Positions 18,794 to 29,518 are shown, counted from the first letter of the stretch. The stretch: DNA of 64,000 nt from Candidatus Thorarchaeota archaeon (GCA_048882325.1 JBHLRS010000005.1:1-64000), one strand, 5' to 3'. Notes: generated by a model not told the origin, from the letters alone. A program made the numbers and translations.

Positions 18794-20776
18794 GTGAGTT
18801 TGATGGACAGTCTTAAGCAAATTCTCAGTCTAATGATTATCAGCCTGATTCTAGCAAGTATCCCACTTGGCACCTCTAACATTTCTATGAATCCTCAGCG
18901 GACAATGCAGAATATTGATGGTGCAACCCCCTCAGTAATAGACATCACGCAGGTCATACCGGACCCCGAACTTGATACAGAACCAGAAGCCTTTGTCAAT
19001 GGTAGTTCGGGAGAGTTTTCGTTCAGTTACAGTCCCGGTACAATGTTGTTGAATTGTACACATGATAGTGCGACCAATCTTGAGGTTGGACACGACGACG
19101 ATGAAACATATCCAGCTTACTTTGACAATGTATATTTCACTCAATCCTTCGACTGGCCTTATGAAGAGATGCCTGAGGATGCTGTGATGCATTTGAACTA
19201 TAGCGCATCATTGTCTGGAGGTTTTACTGACACCGAAGTGGCAAGCATGTTCAATGTGTATACATGGTTTATCGACTCATCTGGCAATTGGTATCGATTA
19301 TACAAGTCATCAACTATCTATGATTCCGGATTCAATGAGCGGCAGATAAATCTGAACTATTTCGATCTCCTTGAAGGATTTGGGGGAATGGTAGAAGACT
19401 CATTTGGCGTGCAGGAGGACCCCTCTGATACACTGACAGTGGGAATAGGATTAGCTCCTACACCAGAGTTCAATAACTCGATTAATGATGGATCAGCTGT
19501 TATTCATGTTGCTTCAATAACCTTGCAAGTTATTATGCAAGCTGAGCCAGACCCAGCAAGTCATCTCACGCCACTCTACAATGAAACATTTGGAACAACT
19601 ATATCAGACATTTTCCCGAGATTTGCCGGAAACACAACACCTGTTGGAGATAACCTTAAGGCGATGACAACTGACTCAGATGGTAACATCTACCTGACGG
19701 GTTTCATATCATCACCCTATGAATTCTACATTGAGAATCATGTGATGGGTAGTTTCCAATTCCTGATTAAGTATAACCCAACCCTTGATCGTAAGTGGTT
19801 AGTGAGAAATGACAATATGACAAGAGCATATGCAATTGCATACCATGAGGGAAACATCTTCACCACTGGTTCTTTCTGGGGGTACGAGATTCCTGAGTAT
19901 GCGAATCTCATGTTGACAAAGTGGACTCCAACTGGCCAGAAGGTATGGGAGAAGGAATGGGGAGGTGATCATGATCAAATTGGTGTAGCACTAGATGTTC
20001 ATCAGGACGGCTCAATCTATGTTTTAGCTGCGGACCACAACATTCGAGGTCCTGAACCAGCGTATCAGAACTCTAGTCTCTTAAAATTCGATAGTTCGGG
20101 GAATGTTTTGTGGAACAAACCACTGCCCCTTTGCACTATGTTTGACATTCCTGGTAAACTGTGGGTGTTTGAGTCACATATCATCTACTTCATGTCGGGA
20201 ATACTAATGTGCATGGACCTCGAAGGGAATGTGCTTTGGGATGCGTCTTCAGACGCAGCCACATGCGATGAAAGCGACAACATCTATGCAAGTGATTACA
20301 GTTATGGAGTACCGATATACAATTATGACTTTGAGGGAAACCAAACCTGGTTTGCATTTTATGATATTGAATACCCCAATGATTGGGTTGAGTGGTTGGA
20401 TGTACATGACCTTGCCTTGACGCAGAATGATGAACTACTAGTATTGATCCAAGGCTGGCAATTCGACGAATCGTTCCGCCTTCTCAAGTATGAATTGAAT
20501 GGCACACTTCTTCAGGTATGGTCAATTGGTGACGATGACTGGCCATGGGCACATGGAGCAAGGGTTCACATGGAGGTCACGTCAACAGGCTTGGTCTATT
20601 TCACTTTTGGTCATATTTCATGGGATGTTTGGACTCAGGCATATGCCATTGGAGACTACACCCTTCCCTCTATACCCCCACCCTTACTCCCACCGATGTC
20701 GATAATAGCCATTGGTGGAGGAATTGCAGTCATCGCTGTGATAGTGATCTTAGTGTACAACAGAAAGAAAATCTAA
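18794..20776 (+). CDS. Cell-surface protein: signal peptide, beta-propeller-like repeats, Pro-rich linker, C-terminal TM anchor
   Basis: N-terminal hydrophobic helix; DSDGNIYLTG and KFDSSGNVLW repeats; PPPLLPP-TM-RKK. Confidence 0.8.
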   Translation: MSLMDSLKQILSLMIISLILASIPLGTSNISMNPQRTMQNIDGATPSVIDITQVIPDPELDTEPEAFVNGSSGEFSFSYSPGTMLLNCTHDSATNLEVGHDDDETYPAYFDNVYFTQSFDWPYEEMPEDAVMHLNYSASLSGGFTDTEVASMFNVYTWFIDSSGNWYRLYKSSTIYDSGFNERQINLNYFDLLEGFGGMVEDSFGVQEDPSDTLTVGIGLAPTPEFNNSINDGSAVIHVASITLQVIMQAEPDPASHLTPLYNETFGTTISDIFPRFAGNTTPVGDNLKAMTTDSDGNIYLTGFISSPYEFYIENHVMGSFQFLIKYNPTLDRKWLVRNDNMTRAYAIAYHEGNIFTTGSFWGYEIPEYANLMLTKWTPTGQKVWEKEWGGDHDQIGVALDVHQDGSIYVLAADHNIRGPEPAYQNSSLLKFDSSGNVLWNKPLPLCTMFDIPGKLWVFESHIIYFMSGILMCMDLEGNVLWDASSDAATCDESDNIYASDYSYGVPIYNYDFEGNQTWFAFYDIEYPNDWVEWLDVHDLALTQNDELLVLIQGWQFDESFRLLKYELNGTLLQVWSIGDDDWPWAHGARVHMEVTSTGLVYFTFGHISWDVWTQAYAIGDYTLPSIPPPLLPPMSIIAIGGGIAVIAVIVILVYNRKKI

Positions 20777-20838
20777 CATTGGCTTTGTCCGGAAGCTATA
20801 TGATAGTCTTTCCTCGTGGGAGGTTTGAGGAAATCCAG

Positions 20839-21903
20839 ATGGACCCACGTATCGAGGAACACGCAAAGATCCTTGTTGAATGGAGCACCGAGGTCAAGAA
20901 GGGTGACATGGTAGGAATTCGTGCAACCCCTGAAGCACATGACCTAGTTGTTGCACTCTACAAGCAGATAGCTGAGAAAGGAGCTATACCCATCACTCTA
21001 ATGAGCACTGAGGAGATGGATCGTGCTTTCTTTGACGGAGCGGATGATGAAACAATCAATACTGCACCGAAGCACTTTGAAGAACTTCTTGAGAATGTTG
21101 ATGTTATCATTGCCTTAAGGTCACCCGGCAACACAAAGGCCCTGGCTAATGTGGATCCAAAGAGAGTCATCCAACGTGATGTTACAATGACGAAAGTCAT
21201 GGAACTGTACCTCTCGAAACGATGGTGTCTTACTGTACATCCTACTGCAGCCCTAGCACAACAAGCGAATATGAGTATGAATGAGTATCAGGAGTTCGTC
21301 TATGGAGCGACTTTGCTTGACTGGAAGGAAGAGAGTAAGTACCTGTGGAAGATGAAAGAACATCTTGAACGGCACAAAGACATCAGATTCACAGGACCAG
21401 AAACTGATCTGTATGCTTCCACAGAGGGTCGTATATGGGTTGCTTCCGATGGCAAGAAAAATATGCCTAGTGGTGAGTGCTTTACAGCTCCTGTTGAGGA
21501 CACAGTTGAGGGGAAGATATACTTTGACATTCCATTTCTCCGGCAGGGCAAGGTCATCGAGGGTGTCCGACTCACTTTCGAGAAAGGTGAGGTCGTTGAT
21601 TTCTCAGCTGAGAAGTCTGAACCGATCCTGAAGGAGATTATAGAGATTGACGAGGGTGCTCGAAGACTTGGGGAGATGGCTATTGGCACAAACCGAGGAA
21701 TCAAGCAGTACACTCTAAATATGCTCTTCGACGAGAAAATAGGAGACACTGTTCACTGTGCTCTTGGTAGAGCCTACAAGGACAACAACGGAACCAATGA
21801 GTCTGCAGTGCATGTCGATATGATCAAGACCATGATCGATGGTGAAATTACAGCCGGGGACGAGATCATATATTCTAAGGGTAAGTACTTTTACGAGAAG
21901 TGA
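20839..21903 (+). CDS. Aminopeptidase, M29 family (AmpS/AmpT-like)
   Basis: NMPSGECFTAP, LGEMAIGTN, LFDEK, HCALG, SAVHVDM; start at MDPR. Confidence 0.92.
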   Translation: MDPRIEEHAKILVEWSTEVKKGDMVGIRATPEAHDLVVALYKQIAEKGAIPITLMSTEEMDRAFFDGADDETINTAPKHFEELLENVDVIIALRSPGNTKALANVDPKRVIQRDVTMTKVMELYLSKRWCLTVHPTAALAQQANMSMNEYQEFVYGATLLDWKEESKYLWKMKEHLERHKDIRFTGPETDLYASTEGRIWVASDGKKNMPSGECFTAPVEDTVEGKIYFDIPFLRQGKVIEGVRLTFEKGEVVDFSAEKSEPILKEIIEIDEGARRLGEMAIGTNRGIKQYTLNMLFDEKIGDTVHCALGRAYKDNNGTNESAVHVDMIKTMIDGEITAGDEIIYSKGKYFYEK

Positions 21904-21927
21904 TGTGTCAGTACCTGCGGATGCATC

Positions 21928-22899
21928 ATGTCTGAAGACCATCTCATGGAGATTAGCAGTGGGGTATATCTATTTGTTCCCCCACCCGCTAGAGTTGCAG
22001 GGTGGAGAAGGTCAGGCAATGTTATCATCCTAGACAACTCGGAAGACCTCTATATCATTGATAGTGGCGGACCTTCAGTTAGAGATCGTTTGAAGACAAT
22101 TGTGAATCGGTTTCGAATAAATGATGAAAGGCAAATCCACTGTGTACACACACATGGTCACATCGACCATATGGCTGGCGCAGGCGACCTCCAGAATGAC
22201 TTTGGAGCTAAATTGTGGGCCTCTGAGGAGGCCCTTCCATTTGTCGAAAGCCAGGCACCTATCTTGTTGGAGCTGGAACGTGATTCATTGGTTGTATCAT
22301 TTCGCGAGCTCTTTACTGCGCCATCGTGGTTTGTGAGAGCAGCGATGTGGGTCGCGCTTGGAAGAACTAAATCAATTTCTGATGTTCATCCCCTTGACTT
22401 ATCATCCAATATAGGCGAGTTGAGTTATAGACCGGTGGAATTGGCAGGACATCACAAAGGACATCTTGGATTCTATGATGAAGATGAAAGCATACTAATC
22501 GCTGGAGACCTCATTGATCCACGTCACAAAATGAAACCCAATCTGACATCACCCTCATCAGACTTTGCTGGGATGACGGAATCATTAGAGAAGATTCTCC
22601 AAATATCTCCAGGACTACTGTTACCTGGACATGGAGAGCCAATTGTTGGAAAAACGGAAATACAAGGAGCAATCCAACGAGCGCAGACTACTTTACAGTC
22701 AGCTCATAACAAAGTGATTGAGGTGCTAGTGTCAAAACCTTCAACATTACCTCAAATTTCTAAGTCACTTTTGAGGATGGGTCTCGGACCGGGGGACGTT
22801 TTCAGGCGAATGTTCATCCATAGTATACTTAGATATCTCGTAGAAACAGGAAAAGCGTCTATCAAGAAATCGAGGGGTAAAACTGTATTCTCGGTCTAA
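21928..22899 (+). CDS. MBL-fold metallo-hydrolase with C-terminal winged helix
   Basis: HTHGHIDH, GHHKGH, AGDL, PGHG. Confidence 0.88.
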   Translation: MSEDHLMEISSGVYLFVPPPARVAGWRRSGNVIILDNSEDLYIIDSGGPSVRDRLKTIVNRFRINDERQIHCVHTHGHIDHMAGAGDLQNDFGAKLWASEEALPFVESQAPILLELERDSLVVSFRELFTAPSWFVRAAMWVALGRTKSISDVHPLDLSSNIGELSYRPVELAGHHKGHLGFYDEDESILIAGDLIDPRHKMKPNLTSPSSDFAGMTESLEKILQISPGLLLPGHGEPIVGKTEIQGAIQRAQTTLQSAHNKVIEVLVSKPSTLPQISKSLLRMGLGPGDVFRRMFIHSILRYLVETGKASIKKSRGKTVFSV

Positions 22900-24524
22900 C
22901 TGCGCTCGTTACTTAGGTCCTTTAAGGCTGAACGTAAAATCTTCCCATCCTCAGCCACAGGAAGTTTCTGTTTGATGACAATCTCTCGCGGTTTTTTGTA
23001 GGAGGCCATTTTTCCGGTGCACCACTCTGTTACATCATCTGGTGTGATTGTTTCTCCTGATACAGGTACAATGAATGCCCTTACAATCTCTCCCCATACC
23101 CGATCTGGTATCCCGACTATCACTGCCTGAGCAATTTTCGGGTGCTGACAGAGAATACCTTCAACCTCTGCGGGGAACACCTTTTCACCACCCGAGAAGA
23201 TTACTTCGCTCTTCCTCTCGACATAGTAGTAATTGCCATCTTCATCTACACGGAAAAGGTCGCCAGTGTGGAACCAATCTCCATCAAACGACTCCTTTGT
23301 TCGTGAAACATCTCCATGGTATCCACGCATCAGTGATGGGCTTTTGTAGATTGCCTCTCCTACCTCACCTGGTTTGACATCCTCCCCTGTTTCATTAACT
23401 ACACGCATTTTGACGCCACTGATTGGTTTGCCAATATAACCCTCAGTGATCTTGGGAATATCGTCAACAGTAAGGAAAGAGTAGATTGCTGCTCCAATGT
23501 TCTCTGTTTGACCATACCCATCAACTAAAACTGTATTTGGAAATCTCTTCAAAATCTCCTTCTTCATCGATGCGGACATCTTTGAACCTCCAGAGGAGAG
23601 AAGAGTCACGGAGCTTAGATCATACGAGTCTAATTCAGGATAATCCAGAAAGATTCTGAACTGTGTTGGTACCATGAAGATTGCAGTGACCTTTTCATTT
23701 TCGACTATCTTTAGAATCTCTTCAGGAGCAAAACTTAGTGATTCAGGGAATACCACAGGTCGCTTCATTGCAGTCATGATGATAACAGGCATAAATCCAG
23801 ACAGATGATACAGAGGTGTTGGAACGAGAAACTTCAGTTCATGGTCAGTTGGCAGTAGCGCTGACTCTGGAACTTCACCTTCAAAGATTAGCTTGAGACC
23901 ATGGTCTGGGATGAGAGTACATGCATCCAGAAGAGCTTGATGAGTAAAGTCAGTTCCTTTAGGTAGCCCCGTCGTTCCACCTGTGAAAAGCTGGACTCCT
24001 AGTGAATCACCTGTCACAGAAATATCTGGAGGTGTTGTTGACACACCTTTCATAAAATCTATCCACGAAGAAATTCTCTTATCCTTTTCATTCGTCCCAT
24101 CAACAATTATCATCGGTGGCCGTTCAGAGTTCTCCGGAAACGCATCCAAAACCTGCTGTTTGTGATGATCGCTGCAGATGCATAGTCCAGGATTTCCGGT
24201 TTCAAAGACATGACGAATCTCGCGTCCCACAAACCTTGTACTAATCGGCGCAGGGACCATTCCAGCACGCATGGAGCCGTAAAGGGCTGCGAGATATTCT
24301 GGTCTATTCTCCATTATGATAGCGACATGCATTCCAGATGATTGCGGATGAAGCCTCAGAAGAGCATTAGCAGTTTCAGAGATTGTATTATCCAAATCAG
24401 ACCAAGTCAGATGAGTATCGCCATAGACGACTGCAAGCATATCACCATAGTCCAATGCATTTCTCCTTAAGAGATCACAGAATGCCCTGAGTGGGACATC
24501 CTCACCAACATCTGGAGGATTCAT
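22896..24524 (-). CDS. AMP-forming acyl-CoA synthetase
   Basis: FTGGTTGLPKG, GYGQTE, WFHTGD, SGGEKVFPAEVE, GKILR. Confidence 0.93.
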   Translation of the reverse strand: MNPPDVGEDVPLRAFCDLLRRNALDYGDMLAVVYGDTHLTWSDLDNTISETANALLRLHPQSSGMHVAIIMENRPEYLAALYGSMRAGMVPAPISTRFVGREIRHVFETGNPGLCICSDHHKQQVLDAFPENSERPPMIIVDGTNEKDKRISSWIDFMKGVSTTPPDISVTGDSLGVQLFTGGTTGLPKGTDFTHQALLDACTLIPDHGLKLIFEGEVPESALLPTDHELKFLVPTPLYHLSGFMPVIIMTAMKRPVVFPESLSFAPEEILKIVENEKVTAIFMVPTQFRIFLDYPELDSYDLSSVTLLSSGGSKMSASMKKEILKRFPNTVLVDGYGQTENIGAAIYSFLTVDDIPKITEGYIGKPISGVKMRVVNETGEDVKPGEVGEAIYKSPSLMRGYHGDVSRTKESFDGDWFHTGDLFRVDEDGNYYYVERKSEVIFSGGEKVFPAEVEGILCQHPKIAQAVIVGIPDRVWGEIVRAFIVPVSGETITPDDVTEWCTGKMASYKKPREIVIKQKLPVAEDGKILRSALKDLSNERS

Positions 24525-24859
24525 TTCATCAATGCCTGTAGTTTGATTAGATCGTTCATTGGACCTTTTGCTTTCACCTTACCACCCATGAATGCACGTG
24601 TTGGGCTTAGTTCTCCAGCAATAATGTCCATTATTGCATCAGTGGTTGTTGTGATAACAAGTTCAGCAGACTCATCAACACCGTCCACGATTGTAGCAGT
24701 TCCATCTTTGAAAATAATGTGACAGATTGCATTTTCATTGTCTGTGAACTGGAATTGGAGAGTTCTGTTGAAGTCAGCATATCGAGCTTTGTATTTCTCA
24801 TCATCCATCTTCTCAACCATCTTCTCCAATGATGCTTTCAATTCGTCTTTTGTTGGCAC
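24521..24859 (-). CDS. SCP2 sterol/lipid-binding domain protein
   Basis: GELSPTRAFMGGKVKAKGPM signature; GTG start with AGGAG RBS. Confidence 0.88.
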   Translation of the reverse strand: MPTKDELKASLEKMVEKMDDEKYKARYADFNRTLQFQFTDNENAICHIIFKDGTATIVDGVDESAELVITTTTDAIMDIIAGELSPTRAFMGGKVKAKGPMNDLIKLQALMK

Positions 24860-24901
24860 GTTGGTCTTCTCCTTGTTTCATTTTGTCTTATAGTTCAACA
24901 C

Positions 24902-25663
24902 CTATTTCCCTTTCCATTCTGCGGGTCGTTTCTCTAACCAAGCTTCAAACCCTTCGATTACATCTTCAGAACGGAATAGTTCATTGAATGGCTCCCACAG
25001 GGCTCCAATCTCACGAATACCTCTCCTCAGGAATTCCTTGGTGAGTTTCTGGGACAGGGGAGCTACAAGCTTGATTTCCTCGCAAAGTTCAGTGACTTCT
25101 TTCTCCAAATCATCATGAGGAACAACCTTGTTAGCAAATCCCATTCGAAAGGCCTCTTGTGCATCGATTGCTCTTCCGGTAAATGTGAGTTCTTTGATGT
25201 AGCGCATGTTGTACTCATGAGCTCTGATTATCAACAACCCAGACATCAGGCCACGTCTGTTCTCTCTGAATGCAAATATTGCCTTGTCTGAAGCAACGAC
25301 GATGTCACAGAACAGTGTCAGCTCAAACCCTCCAGCATATGCATGGCCATTGACAGCAGCGATGACTGGTTTGGGATATCTTTGAAGAAGTTCAATTGGG
25401 TCAAGAATAATACTCAAGAACTCGCCTAGTCCCTTGAATCCAACTGTGCTCATTTCTTTGATGTCTAGACCAGCACTGAAGGCTGTACCCTCACCGGTAA
25501 TCACTAGTGCTCGGACTGTGTAGTCATCATACGTGTCTGTCAACACTTCCATTAGCTCCATCCAAGTCTGCCTGGATAGAGCGTTCCTTGCCTCAGGTCG
25601 GTTGAAAGTAATCCAACCGATGCCATCTTTCACTTCATACTTAATACATTCAAAACCCATCAA
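24902..25663 (-). CDS. Enoyl-CoA hydratase/isomerase
   Basis: NRPEARNAL, AFSAGLDI, AGGFEL, FRENRRG. Confidence 0.92.
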   Translation of the reverse strand: MMGFECIKYEVKDGIGWITFNRPEARNALSRQTWMELMEVLTDTYDDYTVRALVITGEGTAFSAGLDIKEMSTVGFKGLGEFLSIILDPIELLQRYPKPVIAAVNGHAYAGGFELTLFCDIVVASDKAIFAFRENRRGLMSGLLIIRAHEYNMRYIKELTFTGRAIDAQEAFRMGFANKVVPHDDLEKEVTELCEEIKLVAPLSQKLTKEFLRRGIREIGALWEPFNELFRSEDVIEGFEAWLEKRPAEWKGK

Positions 25664-25672
25664 CAGTTCCTC

Positions 25673-26905
25673 CTATAGGTCATTAGGATCAACACCCCGT
25701 AACACTCGAGGTAGAATCATTGGGTCTGGAGTCTGCTTGAACTCTTGTCTACCAATGAAGAGCTTCAAGATGTCGTTTCCTCCCCCAGTGACTTTAGTAA
25801 GCAATGCATTCTTCAAAATCGATGATGCGAGAAACTCTTCAGTGTAGCCATCTCCTGATAGAATGACTAGAGCGTCCTGTGCGATATCTATCAACGCATC
25901 AGTTGAAAATATCTTGCAGACTGCAGCATCGACACCGAACTGAAACATGTCTGCAGTGCCACTATCAAGTTGTGCCGCAAGGGCATAGAGATACGTACGC
26001 GCGAGTTTGAGTCGAATTGCCATGTCTGCCATTCGCAGCTGGACGGTTTGATATCTAGAGATTGGCGCATCGAACTGTACTCTCCGTCTTCCATAAGCTC
26101 TAGCGGTCTCCACCAGCATTCTAGCTTGACCAACCGTTGCGGCAATCCCGAGACGTTCTATGTTGAGACCGGATGTCATAACTGTCCAGCCATCACCCTC
26201 GAACAGGATCATGTTATCCTCAGGCACCTTGACGTCTCTAAATCGGATTACACTATTGAACATCTCTACATCACCAGTGAGTTCATTCAGTTTCTCGATT
26301 GAGATCCCAGAAGTTTCCCTTGGTACAAGAAACGCAGTTAGATGGGAGTGTGTGGCTTGTGCCTCGGGAGAAGGATCAGTGAGAGTGTATGTCATCAGAT
26401 AATCCGCCTTTGCTCCCAGCGTTATGAAACGTTTCCATCCATTCAGAACATACCCATCACCGTCTTTCTCAGCATATAGCTGGACATTTGAGGCATCATT
26501 TCCAACATCAGGCTCAGTTACACAAATAGCAGTCCATTTCTCACCCTTGAGCATTGGTTCAAGGAACTTCTCCTTCTGCTCTGGTGAACCAAAGAGATGA
26601 ATGGGTCCTCCTCCGAATACTGTCGTCAGGAGTGGATTGATGTTGAGGAAACATCTACCAAACTCCTCATTGAGGATCGTGTACCCAGTATAGCCTTCCT
26701 CACGACCACCATGTTCTTCTTCTACAAGCATTGCTAGTGGATGAAATCCTTTGTCCACAACGAATTTACTGATTTCCCACTGGACTTCCATAGCTTGATG
26801 GTGGTCCATCTTATCAGCAAGAGGTCTCAACTCAGAGTTGACAAATTCCTCAACCTCAGCCGCAAATCTCCTGTTCTTCTCGGTCCACCAAGGTAGTGCA
26901 TCCAC
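25673..26905 (-). CDS. Acyl-CoA dehydrogenase (IVD/LCAD-type catalytic Glu)
   Basis: VTEPDVGND, LNGWKRFIT, SGLNIERL, RVQFDAPI, GDGY. Confidence 0.9.
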   Translation of the reverse strand: MDALPWWTEKNRRFAAEVEEFVNSELRPLADKMDHHQAMEVQWEISKFVVDKGFHPLAMLVEEEHGGREEGYTGYTILNEEFGRCFLNINPLLTTVFGGGPIHLFGSPEQKEKFLEPMLKGEKWTAICVTEPDVGNDASNVQLYAEKDGDGYVLNGWKRFITLGAKADYLMTYTLTDPSPEAQATHSHLTAFLVPRETSGISIEKLNELTGDVEMFNSVIRFRDVKVPEDNMILFEGDGWTVMTSGLNIERLGIAATVGQARMLVETARAYGRRRVQFDAPISRYQTVQLRMADMAIRLKLARTYLYALAAQLDSGTADMFQFGVDAAVCKIFSTDALIDIAQDALVILSGDGYTEEFLASSILKNALLTKVTGGGNDILKLFIGRQEFKQTPDPMILPRVLRGVDPNDL

Positions 26906-26906
26906 C

Positions 26907-27179
26907 TCATTTCACCTCCAATCCATAGCGAAGCTTCACATCACCAATCTCGTTTAAACCACGCCAAGTGATCTTCGCAAGTTTGATCTTTCCACGTGGG
27001 TCTATCCAGAGGTTGACCATTCCCTTTCCCTCTAGCTCTTGTAGGGCTGTATCGAATGAATCAGTGTCCTGTACTCCAAGCTTGCCCATCATATCCTCTT
27101 TCTCACAGTGAAGAGATTGAGTATACTCGAACTCGCGAGCAAGCAGAGTCAGAATCCGGCTTGCCAAGTCTTTGGACAT
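26907..27179 (-). CDS. Small winged-helix protein, first gene of the acyl-CoA operon
   Basis: ALQELEGKGMV...KITWRG wHTH-like pattern; GAGGAG RBS. Confidence 0.65.
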   Translation of the reverse strand: MSKDLASRILTLLAREFEYTQSLHCEKEDMMGKLGVQDTDSFDTALQELEGKGMVNLWIDPRGKIKLAKITWRGLNEIGDVKLRYGLEVK

Positions 27180-27293
27180 ACTAACTCTCCTCAAACTCTG
27201 CAACCGGATACGCAACTTAAATAATCTCTTGAAATTGTCCTCTGGATTTTCTTCGTTACCTTCATATCGTCAAACATTGAACACATCTGTGAC

Positions 27294-28226
27294 ATGATAG
27301 ACTCTGTTGACCAGAAACTCATAGACCAGCTTCGAATCAATTGCAGGACCAGTCTTCAAGATTTAGCTAACCTGACTGGAAGTTCAGCAAATGATGTTAG
27401 GAAGCGGATTGAAAGAATGGTGTCAGCTGGAGTCATTGAGAAGTTCATTGTGATACTGAGTCCACAAATGTCGAATGAGGACACTGTGATTGCAATCCTT
27501 AACTTCATCAATGAACCTAACGAGAAGAGGTTGCTCCGATTCCTAGGGGAAAATCCTTCTGTGTATAGAACATCCCGACTCTTGGATGGTAGGTATATTG
27601 TGTATGGAATCTACTTTGAGCAGGAAGAACTCTCAGCCTTGACGGAGCACCTAAGACTTCTGCCAGACATTCGAAACGTTGAGCTGAACTTCAGGTTTCT
27701 CCACTACTGGGGCGGAAAGATAGACCTTACAAGTTCTCATCGTGAGATTCTCAGATGTCTACTTGATGACCCGAGGATGTCGGTAAGCAAGATCGCTAGG
27801 GAAACTGGTTTGGAGTCAGACTCAGTCAAGAGAATTATTGAACAGATGAAAGATAGCGAAGCTGTTCAGTTCACAATTAACACATCTGACGATCTGAATG
27901 AGAAGAGTATCGAGGTTCTTGCTAAAGTTCAGTGGAACGTCGGAAAGACCAGCAAGGAGGAGGTCCTCTCCTGGTTACAATCAGAGTTTAGTTCATTAAG
28001 ACTTGGTGAATGTGTGTCCGCAACAGAACCAACACTCTTCTTTCATTTCTCAGTTAATCACGTACATGAAGTAGAACTGGTAGCAAAGAAGACAAAGGAA
28101 TTTGGTCTAGTAACTAAAATAGAACCAATGATTCTTTTTCCAGCCACCTATTTTCAAGACCCGCGGCAGAGAAGAGCTACAGCACTGCTTCAAGAAACAG
28201 GTTTTAGCTCGATGAATGAATGTTGA
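27294..28226 (+). CDS. Tandem-domain Lrp/AsnC family regulator
   Basis: Two HTH units (LRINCRTSLQDLA; LLDDPRMSVSKIA), each followed by a RAM-like domain; divergent from the acyl-CoA operon. Confidence 0.82.
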   Translation: MIDSVDQKLIDQLRINCRTSLQDLANLTGSSANDVRKRIERMVSAGVIEKFIVILSPQMSNEDTVIAILNFINEPNEKRLLRFLGENPSVYRTSRLLDGRYIVYGIYFEQEELSALTEHLRLLPDIRNVELNFRFLHYWGGKIDLTSSHREILRCLLDDPRMSVSKIARETGLESDSVKRIIEQMKDSEAVQFTINTSDDLNEKSIEVLAKVQWNVGKTSKEEVLSWLQSEFSSLRLGECVSATEPTLFFHFSVNHVHEVELVAKKTKEFGLVTKIEPMILFPATYFQDPRQRRATALLQETGFSSMNEC

Positions 28227-28235
28227 TTATGAACC

Positions 28236-28276
28236 AAAAAAAGACTGAGGGAGCGCATCAAGCGCCCCTTTGTTTT
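28236..28276. terminator. Hairpin with flanking A and T tracts between convergent genes
   Basis: A7...AGGGAGCGC-ATCAA-GCGCCCCT-TTGTTTT. Confidence 0.55.
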
Positions 28277-29518
28277 CTATCGCCTCTTTGCCAACACAAT
28301 GACCAATACGACAACAACCACACCAATTCCACCAATTGCAATCCACATCAACATCGGTGGTGGAGGAGAGGTTGGAGTTGTGGGTGTTGTAGTTGATGTA
28401 GAGGTTGTTGTAGAGGACACCGGTGGGAAATTAATTTCAGTCCAAGTATTAGAATTCAAATCATATGCCCAGGTCTTCCCACTCGAAACCTGATTATTGC
28501 TGTTGTAAGAACCTGTAGTTCCACCATAGATGATCACCTTGTCTGATTCCCAGTCATATGCTGAGCCATGACGACTTCTTGCACTTGGACTTGCAGATGG
28601 GCTTTGTTCCTCCCAGGTTGCAGTGTTATAATCGAAAGTCCAAGTATCACCATGAGCGGTTGAAGAATCCGAGCCTCCAAAGAGGACCAGCTTGTCGGAC
28701 TCACTATCATATGAGATTGAGGGCACACCCCGTGCTGAAGGATGTACAGTGTCTGTAAGATTCTCCCAACTATCACTATTGAAGTCGTACGCCCATGTAT
28801 CATAGAAGAAATCGTTTGATTCAAAGACTCTACCACCAAAGAGAATCACTCTGTCACTTTCAATATCATAGCTCATTCTGTGTCCAAATCTTGCTGGAGG
28901 AGCTGAAGTAGGACTCATTTTTTGCCAGACACCTGTTCCTGCATTGAATGCCCATGTATCATTCAGACCAGCTCCATCCTCGCCACCAAATACAATCATT
29001 CGGTCGCTCTCGATATCATACACCATATCATGAGCTCTTCTCGCTGAAGGAGCCGAGGCCGGTAATATCTCTGTCCAAGTATCTGTGTCGACATCATAGG
29101 TCCAAGTATCATTCAATCTCAAAGAAAGATCAAAGTACTCCATTCCTCCGAACAACACCATCTGATCCCTTACTGAATCATAAGCCAAGCCCGGTTCTGC
29201 CCTCCCGTGCGGAGCTATAGATGGATCTTTCCTTGTATAAGTATCGGTATTGTAGTCAAAGACCCAAGTGTCATTCTTCCAGGCATTCGAGGGGGGAGCT
29301 GTAGTGTTCCACCCGCCAAATATGACAATCAAATCAGATTCATTGTCATATGCCATCCCTGGATTCCCTCTTCGTGGAAGATCTTCTTGGTCAGCGAAGC
29401 TAAACTGGTTTATTCTTGTCACTGGTTCAAAAAAGGCAACCTGTGCAAATGATAAGGTAAGCACCACAAGAATAGCACCTGCTAGAATTCCGCGCTTTAG
29501 TTTCCTATTATTTAACAA
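28277..29518 (-). CDS. Six-repeat Kelch cell-surface protein with Thr/Pro linker and TM anchor
   Basis: 6 repeats of YDxESD..ILFGG..DTW.YD..TW; start uncertain (TTG 29518 or ATG 29590). Confidence 0.88.
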   Translation of the reverse strand: MLNNRKLKRGILAGAILVVLTLSFAQVAFFEPVTRINQFSFADQEDLPRRGNPGMAYDNESDLIVIFGGWNTTAPPSNAWKNDTWVFDYNTDTYTRKDPSIAPHGRAEPGLAYDSVRDQMVLFGGMEYFDLSLRLNDTWTYDVDTDTWTEILPASAPSARRAHDMVYDIESDRMIVFGGEDGAGLNDTWAFNAGTGVWQKMSPTSAPPARFGHRMSYDIESDRVILFGGRVFESNDFFYDTWAYDFNSDSWENLTDTVHPSARGVPSISYDSESDKLVLFGGSDSSTAHGDTWTFDYNTATWEEQSPSASPSARSRHGSAYDWESDKVIIYGGTTGSYNSNNQVSSGKTWAYDLNSNTWTEINFPPVSSTTTSTSTTTPTTPTSPPPPMLMWIAIGGIGVVVVVLVIVLAKRR

